Assembly: GCA_963702475.1 (NCBI GenBank) | Contig: CAVPCT010000003.1 | Location: forward strand, 352,001-416,000 | DNA length: 64,000 nucleotides | Direction: 5' to 3' | Origin: an uncultured Thermoleophilia bacterium | GTDB taxonomy: Bacteria > Actinomycetota > Thermoleophilia > UBA2241 | Shown here: piece after piece, positions 1 through 14,240 of the stretch | Position numbering within the stretch: position 1 is the stretch's first letter | Layout: each line of letters begins with the position of its first letter | Position numbers and translations under genes: made by a program | The notes under the pieces: generated by a model | What the model saw: only the letters and a program-made list of their open reading frames with translations | Told to the model about the DNA's origin: nothing | Databases searched by the model: none

Positions 1-1041
1 GAACCACGGCGTCCGCTCCCCGGCGAAGTAGGGCAGGGCCAGCAGGCCGCCGGCCCCCGCGCCAGCGGCGGCGGACTCGGCGAACAGGTCCGCGAACGGG
101 GGGCCGCCCGTCAGCTCGCGCAGCCATACGGTCAGCGCGCCGGCGGAGCCCACACCCGCGGCTACGTTGTGCGAGCCGGGCGTGAAGCCGACGGTGCGCC
201 AGAGCCGCGGGTCTGCGCGGGCGGGGCTGCCTACCTCGGTGAGGAACATGCTGGTGCCGTAGACCAGCAGCCCGATGCCGGGACCGCGCAATCCCGCGGC
301 GGCTACCTCGGCCCACGAGTCGTTGGAGCCGGCGGCGACGGGCGTGCCTTCGGCGAGGCCGGTGGCCGCGGCCGCCGCCCGCGTCACCCGGCCGCAGGTC
401 TCGTGCGGCCACACCAGCCGTGGCAGGGGGAGACCGGGCGCGGCCACCTCCGCCCAGTCCTGCAGCCACTCGTTGCGCTCGACGTCGTACAGAGGACCCC
501 AGTGACCGGCGCTGTGGTGGTCGAGCACGTACTCGCCGGTGAGGCGCGCGACGAGGTACGAGGCGGAACCGTACGCGCGCCGCGTCGCCGCCCACACCTG
601 CGGCTCCTCGTCGGCCAGCCAGCGAAGCTTGGGGCCGACCGACTGGCTCGTGAGCTGCGCGCCGCAGTGGGAGAGGATCGCCTCCGCGCCCAGCTCCGTG
701 GTGAGCCGTACGATCTGCTCGCGGGCTCGGCTGTCGATGCCGTACAGGATAGCCGGACGCAGGGGCTTGGCGGCTGCGTCCGCCGCGAGCAGGCACGGTC
801 CGAGCCCGCACACACCCACCCCGGCGACCCGGTCTGAGCGCCCGTCCAGGAGGCGACGGCTCACCGCTGCGGCACTCTCCCACCAGTCGCGCCCGGCGTC
901 TTGCTCGGCCCACGCGGGCCGCGGGCGCGAGATGCCGTGCGGCAGCTGCTCGTCGGCCACCCGGTGCCCGGTCTCATCGACGAGCACGCCCCTCGTCCCC
1001 GACGAGCCCACGTCGATGCCCAGAAAGAGTCGCGCTGCCAC
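1..1041 (-). CDS. FGGY-family carbohydrate kinase (xylulokinase-like), 3' end outside the window
   Basis: Manual translation from GTG at 1041 (RBS GAGGAGG): MAARLFLGIDVGSSGTRGVLVDE ... LLALPYFAGERTPWF at the window edge; FGGY signature motifs. Not in the ORF track because the stop lies outside. Confidence 0.9.
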   Translation of the reverse strand, partial: MAARLFLGIDVGSSGTRGVLVDETGHRVADEQLPHGISRPRPAWAEQDAGRDWWESAAAVSRRLLDGRSDRVAGVGVCGLGPCLLAADAAAKPLRPAILYGIDSRAREQIVRLTTELGAEAILSHCGAQLTSQSVGPKLRWLADEEPQVWAATRRAYGSASYLVARLTGEYVLDHHSAGHWGPLYDVERNEWLQDWAEVAAPGLPLPRLVWPHETCGRVTRAAAAATGLAEGTPVAAGSNDSWAEVAAAGLRGPGIGLLVYGTSMFLTEVGSPARADPRLWRTVGFTPGSHNVAAGVGSAGALTVWLRELTGGPPFADLFAESAAAGAGAGGLLALPYFAGERTPWF

Positions 1042-1212
1042 CGTGTCCCCTCCTCGCCCCGGGAGCACCTCGCAACGGCTGGTTCGGGCTCCGTCGGCTT
1101 TGTGCCCGAAACGGCGGGAGTTCAGCCTCGTCGCGGTTGAGCGTGGTGTGACGGGGGTACCCTTGCGTCGGAATCTGCGCGGCCGTACGGCCGCGCCACA
1201 CTCGGAGGGACC

Positions 1213-1722
1213 ATGAGCGACGCACCACTCGACCTGTACATCGCCGGCTACGACGATCCGGACGCTGCCAAAGAGGACTTCGACGCCCTCAAGAAGGCGC
1301 AGCGCGACGGCGTCGTCTTCATCGACGGGGCCGTGCTGATCAGCCGCGATGACGACGGCACCATCCACGTCAAGGAGACCGGCGACCACGACGTGCTCAA
1401 GGGCTCGGTCATCGGCGTCGGCGCCGGCCTCGTCGTAGGCCTGTTCGCGCCGCCGCTGCTCGGCGCCCTGGTCGTGGGCGGCATCATCGGCGGCGTCACC
1501 GGCAAGCTGGTCAAGCACCACCAGGAGAAGAACATCGCCAAGGACGTCGAAGACACGATCCCGCCCGGCACGTCCGGCATCGTCGCCGTCTTCGAAGAGG
1601 TCTGGGTGGACGCGGTCGAAAAGCAGCTCAAGAAGGCCGTCAAGAAGGCCTGCAAGGAGGCCGACAAGGAGACCGCCAAGGAGCTCAAGGCGGCCCTCAA
1701 GGCCGAGGAGGTCGGTTCCTGA
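1213..1722 (+). CDS. DUF1269-family membrane protein
   Basis: RBS GGAGGG; D-AV-I-RD-DG-IHV pattern followed by glycine-zipper TM segment and IPPGTSGIV. Confidence 0.8.
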   Translation: MSDAPLDLYIAGYDDPDAAKEDFDALKKAQRDGVVFIDGAVLISRDDDGTIHVKETGDHDVLKGSVIGVGAGLVVGLFAPPLLGALVVGGIIGGVTGKLVKHHQEKNIAKDVEDTIPPGTSGIVAVFEEVWVDAVEKQLKKAVKKACKEADKETAKELKAALKAEEVGS

Positions 1723-1798
1723 GGCCCGGGCCGGCACAGCGCAGCGCGCGCGGTCACTGTGACCTGGCAAACGGATCTGAACACACAGGGAGAAATGC

Positions 1799-2296
1799 AT
1801 GAGTGAATTGATGGTCCTCGGCTTCGAGGACGAGGCCGCCGCGGACGCGTTCGGCGTCAAGCTCAGCGAGATGCAGAAGGACATGATCGTCCAGCTGCAG
1901 GACGCCGCTATGGTAGTGCGTGACGCCGACGGCAAGCCGCACGTCAAGCACGGTCACGGCATGGTCGGCGCCGGCGCCCTCGGCGGCGCCTTCTTCGGCA
2001 TGCTCTTCGGCCTGCTGTTCTTCGTGCCGTTCCTGGGCTTCGCCATCGGCGCGGGCCTCGGTGCGCTGTTCGGCAAGATGGGCAAGAGCAGCATCGACCA
2101 GCAGGTCCTCGAGCAGATGGGCGACGCGGTACCGCCGGGCAAGGCCGGCTGGTTCCTGCTCATCGGGCAGATGACGGAGGACAAGTTCCTCGCCGAGGTG
2201 GAGGGCACGCACGCCAAGGTCGTGCGCACCAACCTCACGCAGGAGCAGGAGGACGCGCTGAAAGAGGCCTTCGGGGCCGACAAGCACCAGAAGTAG
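1799..2296 (+). CDS. DUF1269-family membrane protein (tandem paralog)
   Basis: MSELMVLGFEDE...DAAMVVRDADGK...GAFFGMLFGLLFFVPFLG...VVRTNLT; classic DUF1269; ends in TAG. Confidence 0.85.
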   Translation: MSELMVLGFEDEAAADAFGVKLSEMQKDMIVQLQDAAMVVRDADGKPHVKHGHGMVGAGALGGAFFGMLFGLLFFVPFLGFAIGAGLGALFGKMGKSSIDQQVLEQMGDAVPPGKAGWFLLIGQMTEDKFLAEVEGTHAKVVRTNLTQEQEDALKEAFGADKHQK

Positions 2297-2324
2297 GACC
2301 ACGCGGTGCGGCTGCGCCGGAAGG

Positions 2325-2368
2325 ACGAGGAGGGGCGCGGAGCCGGCAGGCTCCGCGCCCCTCCTCGT
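2325..2368. terminator. 20-bp perfect inverted repeat between convergent genes
   Basis: ACGAGGAGGGGCGCGGAGCC-ggca-GGCTCCGCGCCCCTCCTCGT. Confidence 0.7.
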
Positions 2369-2419
2369 ACGTGTGCAGCGCCGGCGGTCTGCGCCGCCGC
2401 CGGCCTCACGCTCCCCGGG

Positions 2420-3283
2420 CTATTTCGCCACGTAGTGCGCGAGCGCCGCGCCCTCAGCGTCCCTCAGCCAGAGCTCGTCGCCCTCGATCGTGTAGGTCGC
2501 GGTCAGCGGCAGCGCCGCGAGGTACGCGGCCTCCTGCTCCATCAGCTCGGGGGATCCGGCCATCATGGTCGCGACGATCTCCGCGGCGATGGACATCGTG
2601 TCGCCCGTCGTTGAGTACGTGGTCGAGTACTGGTTGACGGACGCGTTGCCGCTGAGGCTGCCGTCCTCGCCGAACACAGCCGTGATGGTGCTGTCGGCGG
2701 CGAGCGACACCAGGGCCTCCCTGCCGTTGTTGTACGCGAGGGCGTTCCACGTGGTGCCCTCGAGCGCTGTCGGCACGGCGACCTCGTACCTGACCAGCGT
2801 CGCGCCCTGGTCGTCCTTCAGCGTCAGCGAGTCATCGGTGACGGCGAACGATGCGGCTTTGCTGAGCGCGTCGAAGTACGCCTGCTCCTGCGCCATGGCG
2901 TCCTCGGGTCCGGCCATGAGCGTCGCCGCCGCCTGCTCGATGGCGATCCCGTCGGGAGCTTCCGTGGTGTACGCGGCCGTGTAGCGGTTGACGCCGCCGG
3001 AGCCGCTGATGACGCCGTTCTCGAACGTGGCCGTGACCTCGGCCCCGTCGGCGGGCGGCGTGGTCACGCCGGCGATCTCGACGGCCCTCCAGACCCTGTC
3101 ACCGAGGGACGCCGCGGCGTCCGTTGCAGCGTCGTCCGTCGCGGCGTCCGAGCCGCACGCGGACGCCGCGAACGGCAGCGCCACCACGAGCCCCAGAACG
3201 GCGGCCAGGACCATGGATCGAGCGCGGTGTCCGCGCACGGTGGGACTGCGCCGGCGAGCGGCACTGGGGCGATGGGACTCCAT
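2420..3283 (-). CDS. Lipoprotein with two META (HslJ-like) domains
   Basis: RBS GAAGGAGG; lipobox-like ASAC; two repeats with G.ISGSGGVNRY / G.LSGNASVNQY and T.MAG...M.QE.AY..AL. Confidence 0.85.
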   Translation of the reverse strand: MESHRPSAARRRSPTVRGHRARSMVLAAVLGLVVALPFAASACGSDAATDDAATDAAASLGDRVWRAVEIAGVTTPPADGAEVTATFENGVISGSGGVNRYTAAYTTEAPDGIAIEQAAATLMAGPEDAMAQEQAYFDALSKAASFAVTDDSLTLKDDQGATLVRYEVAVPTALEGTTWNALAYNNGREALVSLAADSTITAVFGEDGSLSGNASVNQYSTTYSTTGDTMSIAAEIVATMMAGSPELMEQEAAYLAALPLTATYTIEGDELWLRDAEGAALAHYVAK

Positions 3284-3480
3284 CGATCCTCCTTCAGGAG
3301 ACGCTGACAAGACCGGCGACGCAGCAGAGTGTACCCCGGCGCCGACAGACGAGAGACGCCGCGGGTCACGGGCGCGGCACATGCCTGCGGCCGAAAGGCG
3401 ACGCGCCTGACAGACCGGATCCCGCGACGAGGCGTCGATCTGGACCGCCTCGCCGGTCGCGGACCGCGCGGGGAGCCGGC

Positions 3481-4914
3481 TCAGGGGTCGCAGAGGGTGG
3501 CGGCGTCCTTCTCGAAGCGCATCTTGCACATGGCGTACTCCTCCGGCACCGTGATCGGGTAGTCGCCGTCGAAGCAGGCTCGGCAGAACTGGTTACGAGG
3601 CAGGCCGGTGCTGGCCTGCAGGCCGTCGAGCGTGAGGTAGTGCAGGCTGGTGGCTCCGACCTTGCGGCGGATGTCGTCCACGCTCATGTTGGCGGCGATG
3701 AGCTCCGCCCGCGTCGCCATGTCGATGCCGTAGAAGCAGGGCCACTGGATCGGCGGAGAGCTGATGCGCAGGTGCACCTCGGCGGCCCCGGCGCTGAACA
3801 GCATCTCGACCAGCTTGCTGGTGGTGTTGCCGCGCACGATGGAGTCATCGACCACCACCAGCCGCTTCCCCCGGATGACCTCGGTCAGCGGGTTGAGCTT
3901 CATGCGGATGCCCACCTGCCGCAGCTGGTCGTCGGGCTGGATGAACGTGCGGTGCACGTAGCGGTTCTTGATGAGGCCCTCGGTGTAGGGGATGCCGGAG
4001 GCTGAGGCGTAGCCGATGGCGGCCGGCATGCCCGTGTCGGGCACGGGGATGACGAGGTCGGCCTCGACCGGGGCCTCCATGGCCAGGTGCCTGCCCATCT
4101 CCTGGCGTGCGATGTGCAGGGTCCTGCCGGCCATCACGCTGTCGGGCCGCGCGAAGTAGATGAACTCGAAGATGCACAGGGCCGGGCGCGAGCCCTCGAG
4201 CTCCACGCGCTCGCTGCGCAGGCCGTGTTCCTTGTCGGCGATGACGATCTCGCCGGGCTGGATCTCGCGCACGAAGTGGGCGCCGATGATGTTGAGCCCG
4301 GCCGTCTCGCTGCTGATGACGGGGTGCCCCTCGTACTCGCCAAGACAGAGCGGGCGCACGCCGTAGGGGTCGCGGAAGCCGACCAGGGAGTCGCCGCTCA
4401 TCACGGCCGCCGAGAAGGCGCCGCGGATCTTGGCCACTGCAGTGCGCACGGCGCTGAGCAGGTCGCTGTCGGCCTCGTGGGCGATGAGCGCCGTGATGAC
4501 CTCGGTGTCGGTGGTCCCCGAGAACTTGACGCCCTGGCGCATGAGCTCGTCGCGCAGCTCCGTCGTGTTGACGAGGTTGCCGTTGTGGCCCAGGGCGATG
4601 ACGTCGCCGTTGCGGCTGCGCACCAGCGGCTGGGAGTTGGCCCAGTGGCTCGAGCCCGTGGTGCTGTAGCGCACGTGACCGATGGCGTGCTGACCGCTGA
4701 GGCTCTGCAGCATCTGCTCGTTGAACACCTGGCTGACCAGACCGAGGTCCTTGATGACGGTGATCTGGCCGTCGTCGCTCACGGCGATGCCCGCGCTTTC
4801 CTGCCCGCGGTGTTGCAGCGCGTAAAGCCCGAAGAAGGTGAGGCGCGCGACGTCGTGACCCGGCGCGTGGATGCCGAAGACGCCACAGCTGTCATGGAGG
4901 TGGTCGTTGTGCAC
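3481..4914 (-). CDS. purF: Amidophosphoribosyltransferase
   Basis: CGVFG after a short propeptide, QHRGQESAG, GHVRYST, VVVDDSIVRG PRPP motif, Fe-S cysteines. Confidence 0.97.
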   Translation of the reverse strand: MHNDHLHDSCGVFGIHAPGHDVARLTFFGLYALQHRGQESAGIAVSDDGQITVIKDLGLVSQVFNEQMLQSLSGQHAIGHVRYSTTGSSHWANSQPLVRSRNGDVIALGHNGNLVNTTELRDELMRQGVKFSGTTDTEVITALIAHEADSDLLSAVRTAVAKIRGAFSAAVMSGDSLVGFRDPYGVRPLCLGEYEGHPVISSETAGLNIIGAHFVREIQPGEIVIADKEHGLRSERVELEGSRPALCIFEFIYFARPDSVMAGRTLHIARQEMGRHLAMEAPVEADLVIPVPDTGMPAAIGYASASGIPYTEGLIKNRYVHRTFIQPDDQLRQVGIRMKLNPLTEVIRGKRLVVVDDSIVRGNTTSKLVEMLFSAGAAEVHLRISSPPIQWPCFYGIDMATRAELIAANMSVDDIRRKVGATSLHYLTLDGLQASTGLPRNQFCRACFDGDYPITVPEEYAMCKMRFEKDAATLCDP

Positions 4915-4931
4915 GGTGCTCGTTCTGATGG

Positions 4932-7228
<2,297 letters not shown>

Positions 7229-7232
<4 letters not shown>

Positions 7233-7957
7233 GCCGTCACCTCCGCGCCGCGCAGGGCGTCGATCATGGACTGGAAGAACACGCGCCCGTCGGCGCCGCC
7301 GGCCATCCACTCCTCCACCGAGTTCTCCGGGTGCGGCATCATGCCGAACACGTTGCGGGTGTCGTTGCAGACGCCGGCGATGTCGTCAAGGGAGCCGTTG
7401 GGGTTGGCGCCCGGGGCGCGGTCACCCTCAGCGTTGACGTACCGCACCACGACCTGGTCGTTGGCCACGAGCTGCTCGAACGTCGCCGGGTCGACCGTGT
7501 AGTTGCCCTCGTTGTGCTTGACGACGATGCGCAGCACGTCGCCCTTCGCGCACGCGCGGGTGAACGGCGTGTCCGCCGTCTCGACGCGCAGGTTGACGTA
7601 CTTGCAGACGAACTTGAGGCCCGTGTTCCTGATGAGGCCGCCGGGCAGGAGGCCGGCCTCGATGAGGATCTGGAAGCCGTTGCAGATGCCCATCACGAGG
7701 CCGCCGTCGGCGGCGAACGAGGTGATGGACTCCATGATGGGGCTGAAGCGGGCGATGGCGCCGCAGCGCAGGTAGTCGCCGTAGCTGAACCCGCCGGGGA
7801 TGACGATGCCGTCGACGCCCTTGAGGTCGGTGTCCTTGTGCCACAGGTACTCGGCGGTGACGCCGGGGAAGGTCTCGAGGCCGTGGTGCGTGTCGCCGTC
7901 GGTGTTGATGCCGGGGAAGACGACCACGCCCAGGCGCACGGGGGAAGCGGAGCCCAT
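7229..7957 (-). CDS. purQ: Phosphoribosylformylglycinamidine synthase subunit PurQ (glutaminase)
   Basis: PGGFSYGDYLR, GICNGFQ, MMPHPE motifs. Confidence 0.97.
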
Positions 7958-7964
7958 GCCTGCC

Positions 7965-8216
7965 TCACCCCTCGGTGATCTCGAAGGTGTAGTCCTCGAT
8001 GATCGGGTTGCTGAGCAGCTTGCGGCACATGTCGTCGACCTGGGCGCGGGCGGCCCCTTCGGTGAGGCCCGCGCCCTCGATGCTCAGGTCGATGATCTTG
8101 CCGACCCGCACCCCGCTCACGCCCTCGAAGCCGAGGTTGGGGAGCGAGCGCTCGACGGCCGCGCCCTGGGGGTCGAGGATGCCTTGTTTGGGCGTGACGT
8201 AGACGCGGACGTTCAT
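7965..8216 (-). CDS. purS: Phosphoribosylformylglycinamidine synthase subunit PurS
   Basis: MNVRVYVTPKQGILDPQG...LLSNPIIEDY; directly upstream of purQ. Confidence 0.95.
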   Translation of the reverse strand: MNVRVYVTPKQGILDPQGAAVERSLPNLGFEGVSGVRVGKIIDLSIEGAGLTEGAARAQVDDMCRKLLSNPIIEDYTFEITEG

Positions 8217-8451
8217 CAAGCTCACCTGCCCGTGAGAGGAAGTGCGGGGACCCCCTGAGTCTACCGCAGGACGGACGCGCGCCGTTAGGCTGCCGGCGGA
8301 GTCCTCCCCCTGCCGGGCTGCGTGCTGCCCGCTGCGCCTCACCCGGGGAACCCGATGTGCTCGCCTGCCACGGTCCCGTGCATGGCCAGAGTTTGCCCAC
8401 GGGAATACGGCATGGCAGAGACCACGAACCCCTGGACTACGGAGGACGAGG

Positions 8452-9639
8452 ATGGCGCGAGTACTCATGTACTCCATGGAGTGGTGCCCGTACTGCGCCA
8501 AGGCCAAGGCGCTGATGGGCGCGAAAGGCATCGAGTACGACGAGGTGGACGTCACTCACGACGAGGCGAAGGCGCTCGAGATGATCGAGCGCACCGGCCA
8601 GCGCGGTGTGCCGCAGTTCTTCATCGACGGCCAGTGGATCGGCGGCTACGATAGCCTCGCCTACATGAACGCCACCGGGGCGCTCGACCAGATGTTCGGC
8701 ATCGAGCCCAAGGTGGACCTGCAGCGGGTATGGGACGTGGCGGTGGTGGGCGGCGGACCGGCCGGCCTCTCGGCCGCGCTGTACGCCGCCCGCAAGAACC
8801 TGTCCACGATCCTCATCACCATGGACCTCGGCGGCCAGGTCGGCATCACGCACCTGGTGACCAACTACCCCGGGCTGCCGGTGATCGAGGGCCCGGAGCT
8901 CGTGCGCCTCATGTTCGAGCAGGCGTACATGTACGGGCTCGAGCGCCTCATCGGCGAGCGCGTCACGGGCGTGCGGGTCGAAGGACGCGCCAAGGTCCTC
9001 GAGTTGCAGTCGGGCAAAGAGGTCAAGGCGCGCGCCGTGATCGTCGCCAGCGGCGCCCAGAAGCGCAAGCTGGAGATCCCCGGCGAGGACGAGTTCTCGG
9101 GGCGCGGCGTCGTCTACTGCTCTACGTGCGACGGCCCCTTCTACCGGGACAAGACGATCGCCATCGTGGGCGGCGGCAACTCGGCCATGGAGGCCGCCAT
9201 CGAGATGAGCGGCATCGCGAAGAAGGTCTATGTGGTCAGCCGCAAGGAGTGGACCGGCGACGACGTCCTGGTCGACAAGGCGTCCAGCGCGCCCGGCATC
9301 AAGAAGCTGGTCGGGTACGAGCCGCTCGAGATCGCGGGCAACGAGGTGGTGGAGAAGCTCCGCCTGCGCAACCTCAAGAAGGGTACCGAACGCACGCTCA
9401 GCGTGGACGGGGTCTTCATCGAGGTCGGCCTCTCGCCGAACTCGGAGCCCCTGCTCGACCTGGCCAACACCAACCAGCGCGGCGAGGTCATCGTCGACGC
9501 CATGGGCGACACCGGTGTGCGCGGGGTGTTCGCCGCCGGCGACGTCACGGCGACCAAGGACAAGCAGATCGTCATCGCCGCCGGCGAGGGCGCCAAGGCG
9601 GCCCTGGCGGCGTTCGACTACCTCATCACTCAGCGCTGA
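8452..9639 (+). CDS. Glutaredoxin-thioredoxin reductase fusion (Grx + TrxB-like FAD disulfide reductase)
   Basis: N-terminal WCPYC...VPQFFIDG..IGG Grx domain; GGGPAG FAD motif, YCSTCDG redox centre, GGGNSA, FAAGD. Confidence 0.9.
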   Translation: MARVLMYSMEWCPYCAKAKALMGAKGIEYDEVDVTHDEAKALEMIERTGQRGVPQFFIDGQWIGGYDSLAYMNATGALDQMFGIEPKVDLQRVWDVAVVGGGPAGLSAALYAARKNLSTILITMDLGGQVGITHLVTNYPGLPVIEGPELVRLMFEQAYMYGLERLIGERVTGVRVEGRAKVLELQSGKEVKARAVIVASGAQKRKLEIPGEDEFSGRGVVYCSTCDGPFYRDKTIAIVGGGNSAMEAAIEMSGIAKKVYVVSRKEWTGDDVLVDKASSAPGIKKLVGYEPLEIAGNEVVEKLRLRNLKKGTERTLSVDGVFIEVGLSPNSEPLLDLANTNQRGEVIVDAMGDTGVRGVFAAGDVTATKDKQIVIAAGEGAKAALAAFDYLITQR

Positions 9640-9640
9640 C

Positions 9641-9689
9641 GCGAGGGCGGCGCCGGCCGGCCGCGGGCGCGGGCCGGCGCCGCCCTCGC
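9641..9689. terminator. 18-bp inverted repeat between convergent genes
   Basis: GCGAGGGCGGCGCCGGCC ... GGCCGGCGCCGCCCTCGC. Confidence 0.6.
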
Positions 9690-9730
9690 AAGGTGCGCGC
9701 GCCGCGGCCGCGTGCGTTCGCGGCGCGCTC

Positions 9731-11538
9731 TCACGTCTCCCCGCGGCCGCCCGTGTGCCGCACGATGAACTCCACCGTGCGGCGATCGTAGTCCACGCGG
9801 TGCTCGAGGCCGCTGATCTCGTGACCCTCGTCCTCGTAGATCACCGCCTCACACTCCACGCCCCTTGCCAGGAGGCGCTCCCTCACGTCGCCGATCTGTT
9901 TTGGCGGGCAGCGGGGGTCCAGGCGCCCGCCGAGCAGCAGCAGGGGCGCCTCGATCCGGTCCAGGTGGGTGATCGGAGAGTAGTACTCCAGCTTGGCGCG
10001 GTCCTTGACGATGTCGCCGGTGTTCTCGCGGTCCCACCAGCGCAGGTCGAAGCGGATGTCCGGATCGGTCTGCGCCTCGATGAAGTCGAAGAACGGTACG
10101 CCGGCCACGCCGCAGGCCCAGAGGTCCGGGAATTGCGTGAGCATGGCCATGGTCAGGAAGCCGCCCCAGCTGCGGCCGGTGACGGCGACGCGCGCGGGGT
10201 CACAGCCGTGGGCCACGAGGAAGCGGTGAGCGGCGGCCACATCGAGCGCCTCGCCTTGGCCCATCAGGTAGCGGTTGGCCAGTTGCCAGCGGCGGCCATA
10301 CCCGTCGCTGCCCCGGTAGTTGGGGTGCACGACGGTCAGCCCGGCCGCGACGAACGCCTGTCGAAGGGGGTCCCACTCGTTGGCGTGGTGCCAGGTCGGG
10401 CCGCCGTGGACGAGCACGACCCCGGCGCCTGTGGGCTCGTCGGGCTCGACGAGCAGGGCCGGCACCTCGGCGAGATGGTCGAGGCTCGTGTACCGTGCCG
10501 GGCGGGCGCGGGCGAAGCGCCGCTCGTCGAGGTCCGGGGGCAGCGCCTCGACGAGGCGCACCGGCGGACCGTCGATCGGCACGCGGAAGAGCTCCGGCGG
10601 CCGCCGCGGACCGCTCAGCACCACGAGTAGCGCAGTGCCGTCGGGCGAGAACGACGGCTGGTAGTGGTTTCCCGGCCCCACCGAGAGGTCGCGCAGCTCG
10701 TCGGTCTGGAGATCGAGGAGGACCAGCCCCGTCTCCCCGTCGCGCTCGACGAGGAACGCGAGGCTGCCACCGTCCGGAGCCCACACCGGGTGGTGCGCGT
10801 CGGACTCGCCCTGCCATGCCCAGGTGACTTCCCCGGTCGCCAAGTGGAAGACGCCGATCGCCGGGTGGTCGAACGGGCCGCCGCTGAAGGCGAGTCTCTG
10901 GCCGTCGTGCGCCCAGGACGGGTGGGCGGCGTAGAAGTCGTCCGCGCCGCCCACGATCGTCGGTGGCGCCCCCGCTCACGTCCAGCACAGAGACGGCTGT
11001 GTCTTGCCCGCGCGTGCCGGCCGCCACCGCCACCCGCGTCCCGTCCGGCGACCAGCGCGGCGAGCTCTCCGTGTACGGGAAGTCGATGAGGTGACGCAGG
11101 GCTGCTGCCGCCGGGCGACGCCTCGCACGGCATCAGCGCCACCGAGTAGCCCTCGCCGTGCGACGCGGTCATGGCGAGGGTCGAGCCGTCCGGGGACAGG
11201 TCGAAGTCGGGGAGGGGCGAGAGGTCGGGGGTCTCCGGCAGCAGATTGTCGAGGTCGCCGGTCGCGGGGTCGTAGCGGTAGAAGTCGTAGCACTCCGAGC
11301 CGCGGTCGTCACAGGCGAAGTAGAGCCGCCCGTCGGGCGCGAACTGCGGGCACAGACAGGCGTCGTCGAGGTCGCCCACGCGGCGCAGGTCCCCGCCGTC
11401 CGGACGCGCAAGGAACACCTGCCAGTCGCCGTCGCGGTAGAGCTGCACGGCGAGCGTGGCGCCGTCAGGGGCCACTGAGAACGGTCTGTAGTCCGCGCCC
11501 ACGCAGGGGACGGACGCCAAGCGCTCGATCAAGGTCAT
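9731..11538 (-). CDS. S9-family (prolyl oligopeptidase/acylaminoacyl) peptidase with beta-propeller; two apparent frameshifts (~11105, ~10965)
   Basis: ATG 11538 with RBS AGGAGG; propeller repeats (FAPDG, WSPDG, FSPDG) continue across three frames; HGGP, NYRGS, GRSWGG nucleophile, DPRC, EGH. Confidence 0.85.
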
Positions 11539-11854
11539 CGGCACTCCTCCTGATGTGTGCTGCGATGCCGTGTGCAAGGAGCGGTCGGCGAATGTCGACC
11601 ACCTGTCCCTGGCGCGCTCGTCCTGAGGACCGATGCGGCAGCGGTCCGGATGTGCTGCAGCCGCCGCCCATCTCAACCCCTGGTCCGACGCGACGGCAAG
11701 GTCTGGGCGCTACCCTGGACGCACCGTGAACACCGCGGCGCGGCGCAGTCGCCAAGCCGGGGTGCGTCAGGGGTGTCGCCCGTACTTCCCAGCCCACGAC
11801 GGAGGCCGCGTGCGCGCTCGTCAGCCCAGTCCGCCCCGTACCCGTGCGCTCGCC

Positions 11855-12163
11855 TCAGCCGCGGGTCTCCGCGAACCGCTTGAACTCCGCCAGGTCCCTC
11901 TCGAGGTGAGCACCCACCGCGGCTTCGGCGGCCGCGTCGCCCTCGTAGGTCACCCTGACGGTGACGCGCGTGCGGTCGCCGGGGAGCTTGACCATGGCCA
12001 CCAATGCGCCCTGCTCGGCATCCTCGGCGAGCGACCACTCGATGTCCGCCTCGGTGCTTGTGCGGTAGTGACCCACCAGGCAGCGGAACATGAACTCCGT
12101 CCACTCGTGATCAGCCTTGCTGATGTCCGTGTCCACTTCGATCGAGCGCTCGATGGCCGGCAT
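11855..12163 (-). CDS. Small SRPBCC/cyclase-like protein
   Basis: MPAIERSIEVD...W.EF ... TRVTVRVTY...LERDLAEFKRFAE; RBS GGAGGG. Confidence 0.6.
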   Translation of the reverse strand: MPAIERSIEVDTDISKADHEWTEFMFRCLVGHYRTSTEADIEWSLAEDAEQGALVAMVKLPGDRTRVTVRVTYEGDAAAEAAVGAHLERDLAEFKRFAETRG

Positions 12164-12243
12164 GGTTCCCTCCAGTCCCGTCGGTTGTCCTCGATGCCGT
12201 GTTTGTCCACCGCAGAGACCCCTCAAACGGCGGCGAGACTCCA

Positions 12244-14213
<1,970 letters not shown>

Positions 14214-14240
14214 GGTGTGAAGCCTACCCGAACGCGGGGC

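Noticed and set aside
1752-1764. GGTCAC-T-GTGACC palindrome between the DUF1269 genes
   Set aside because: Single short palindrome with no second copy or linked regulator; not distinguishable from chance.
2294-2614. Pyl readthrough of the DUF1269 TAG into ORF 2306-2614
   Set aside because: The protein is complete at the TAG; the extension crosses a terminator hairpin and runs antisense to the META gene.
8340-8405. c-di-GMP-I or purine-related riboswitch upstream of purS (GGGCAAAC on the minus strand)
   Set aside because: Lacks the GNRA loop, the GACGCAAAG segment and a supportable fold.
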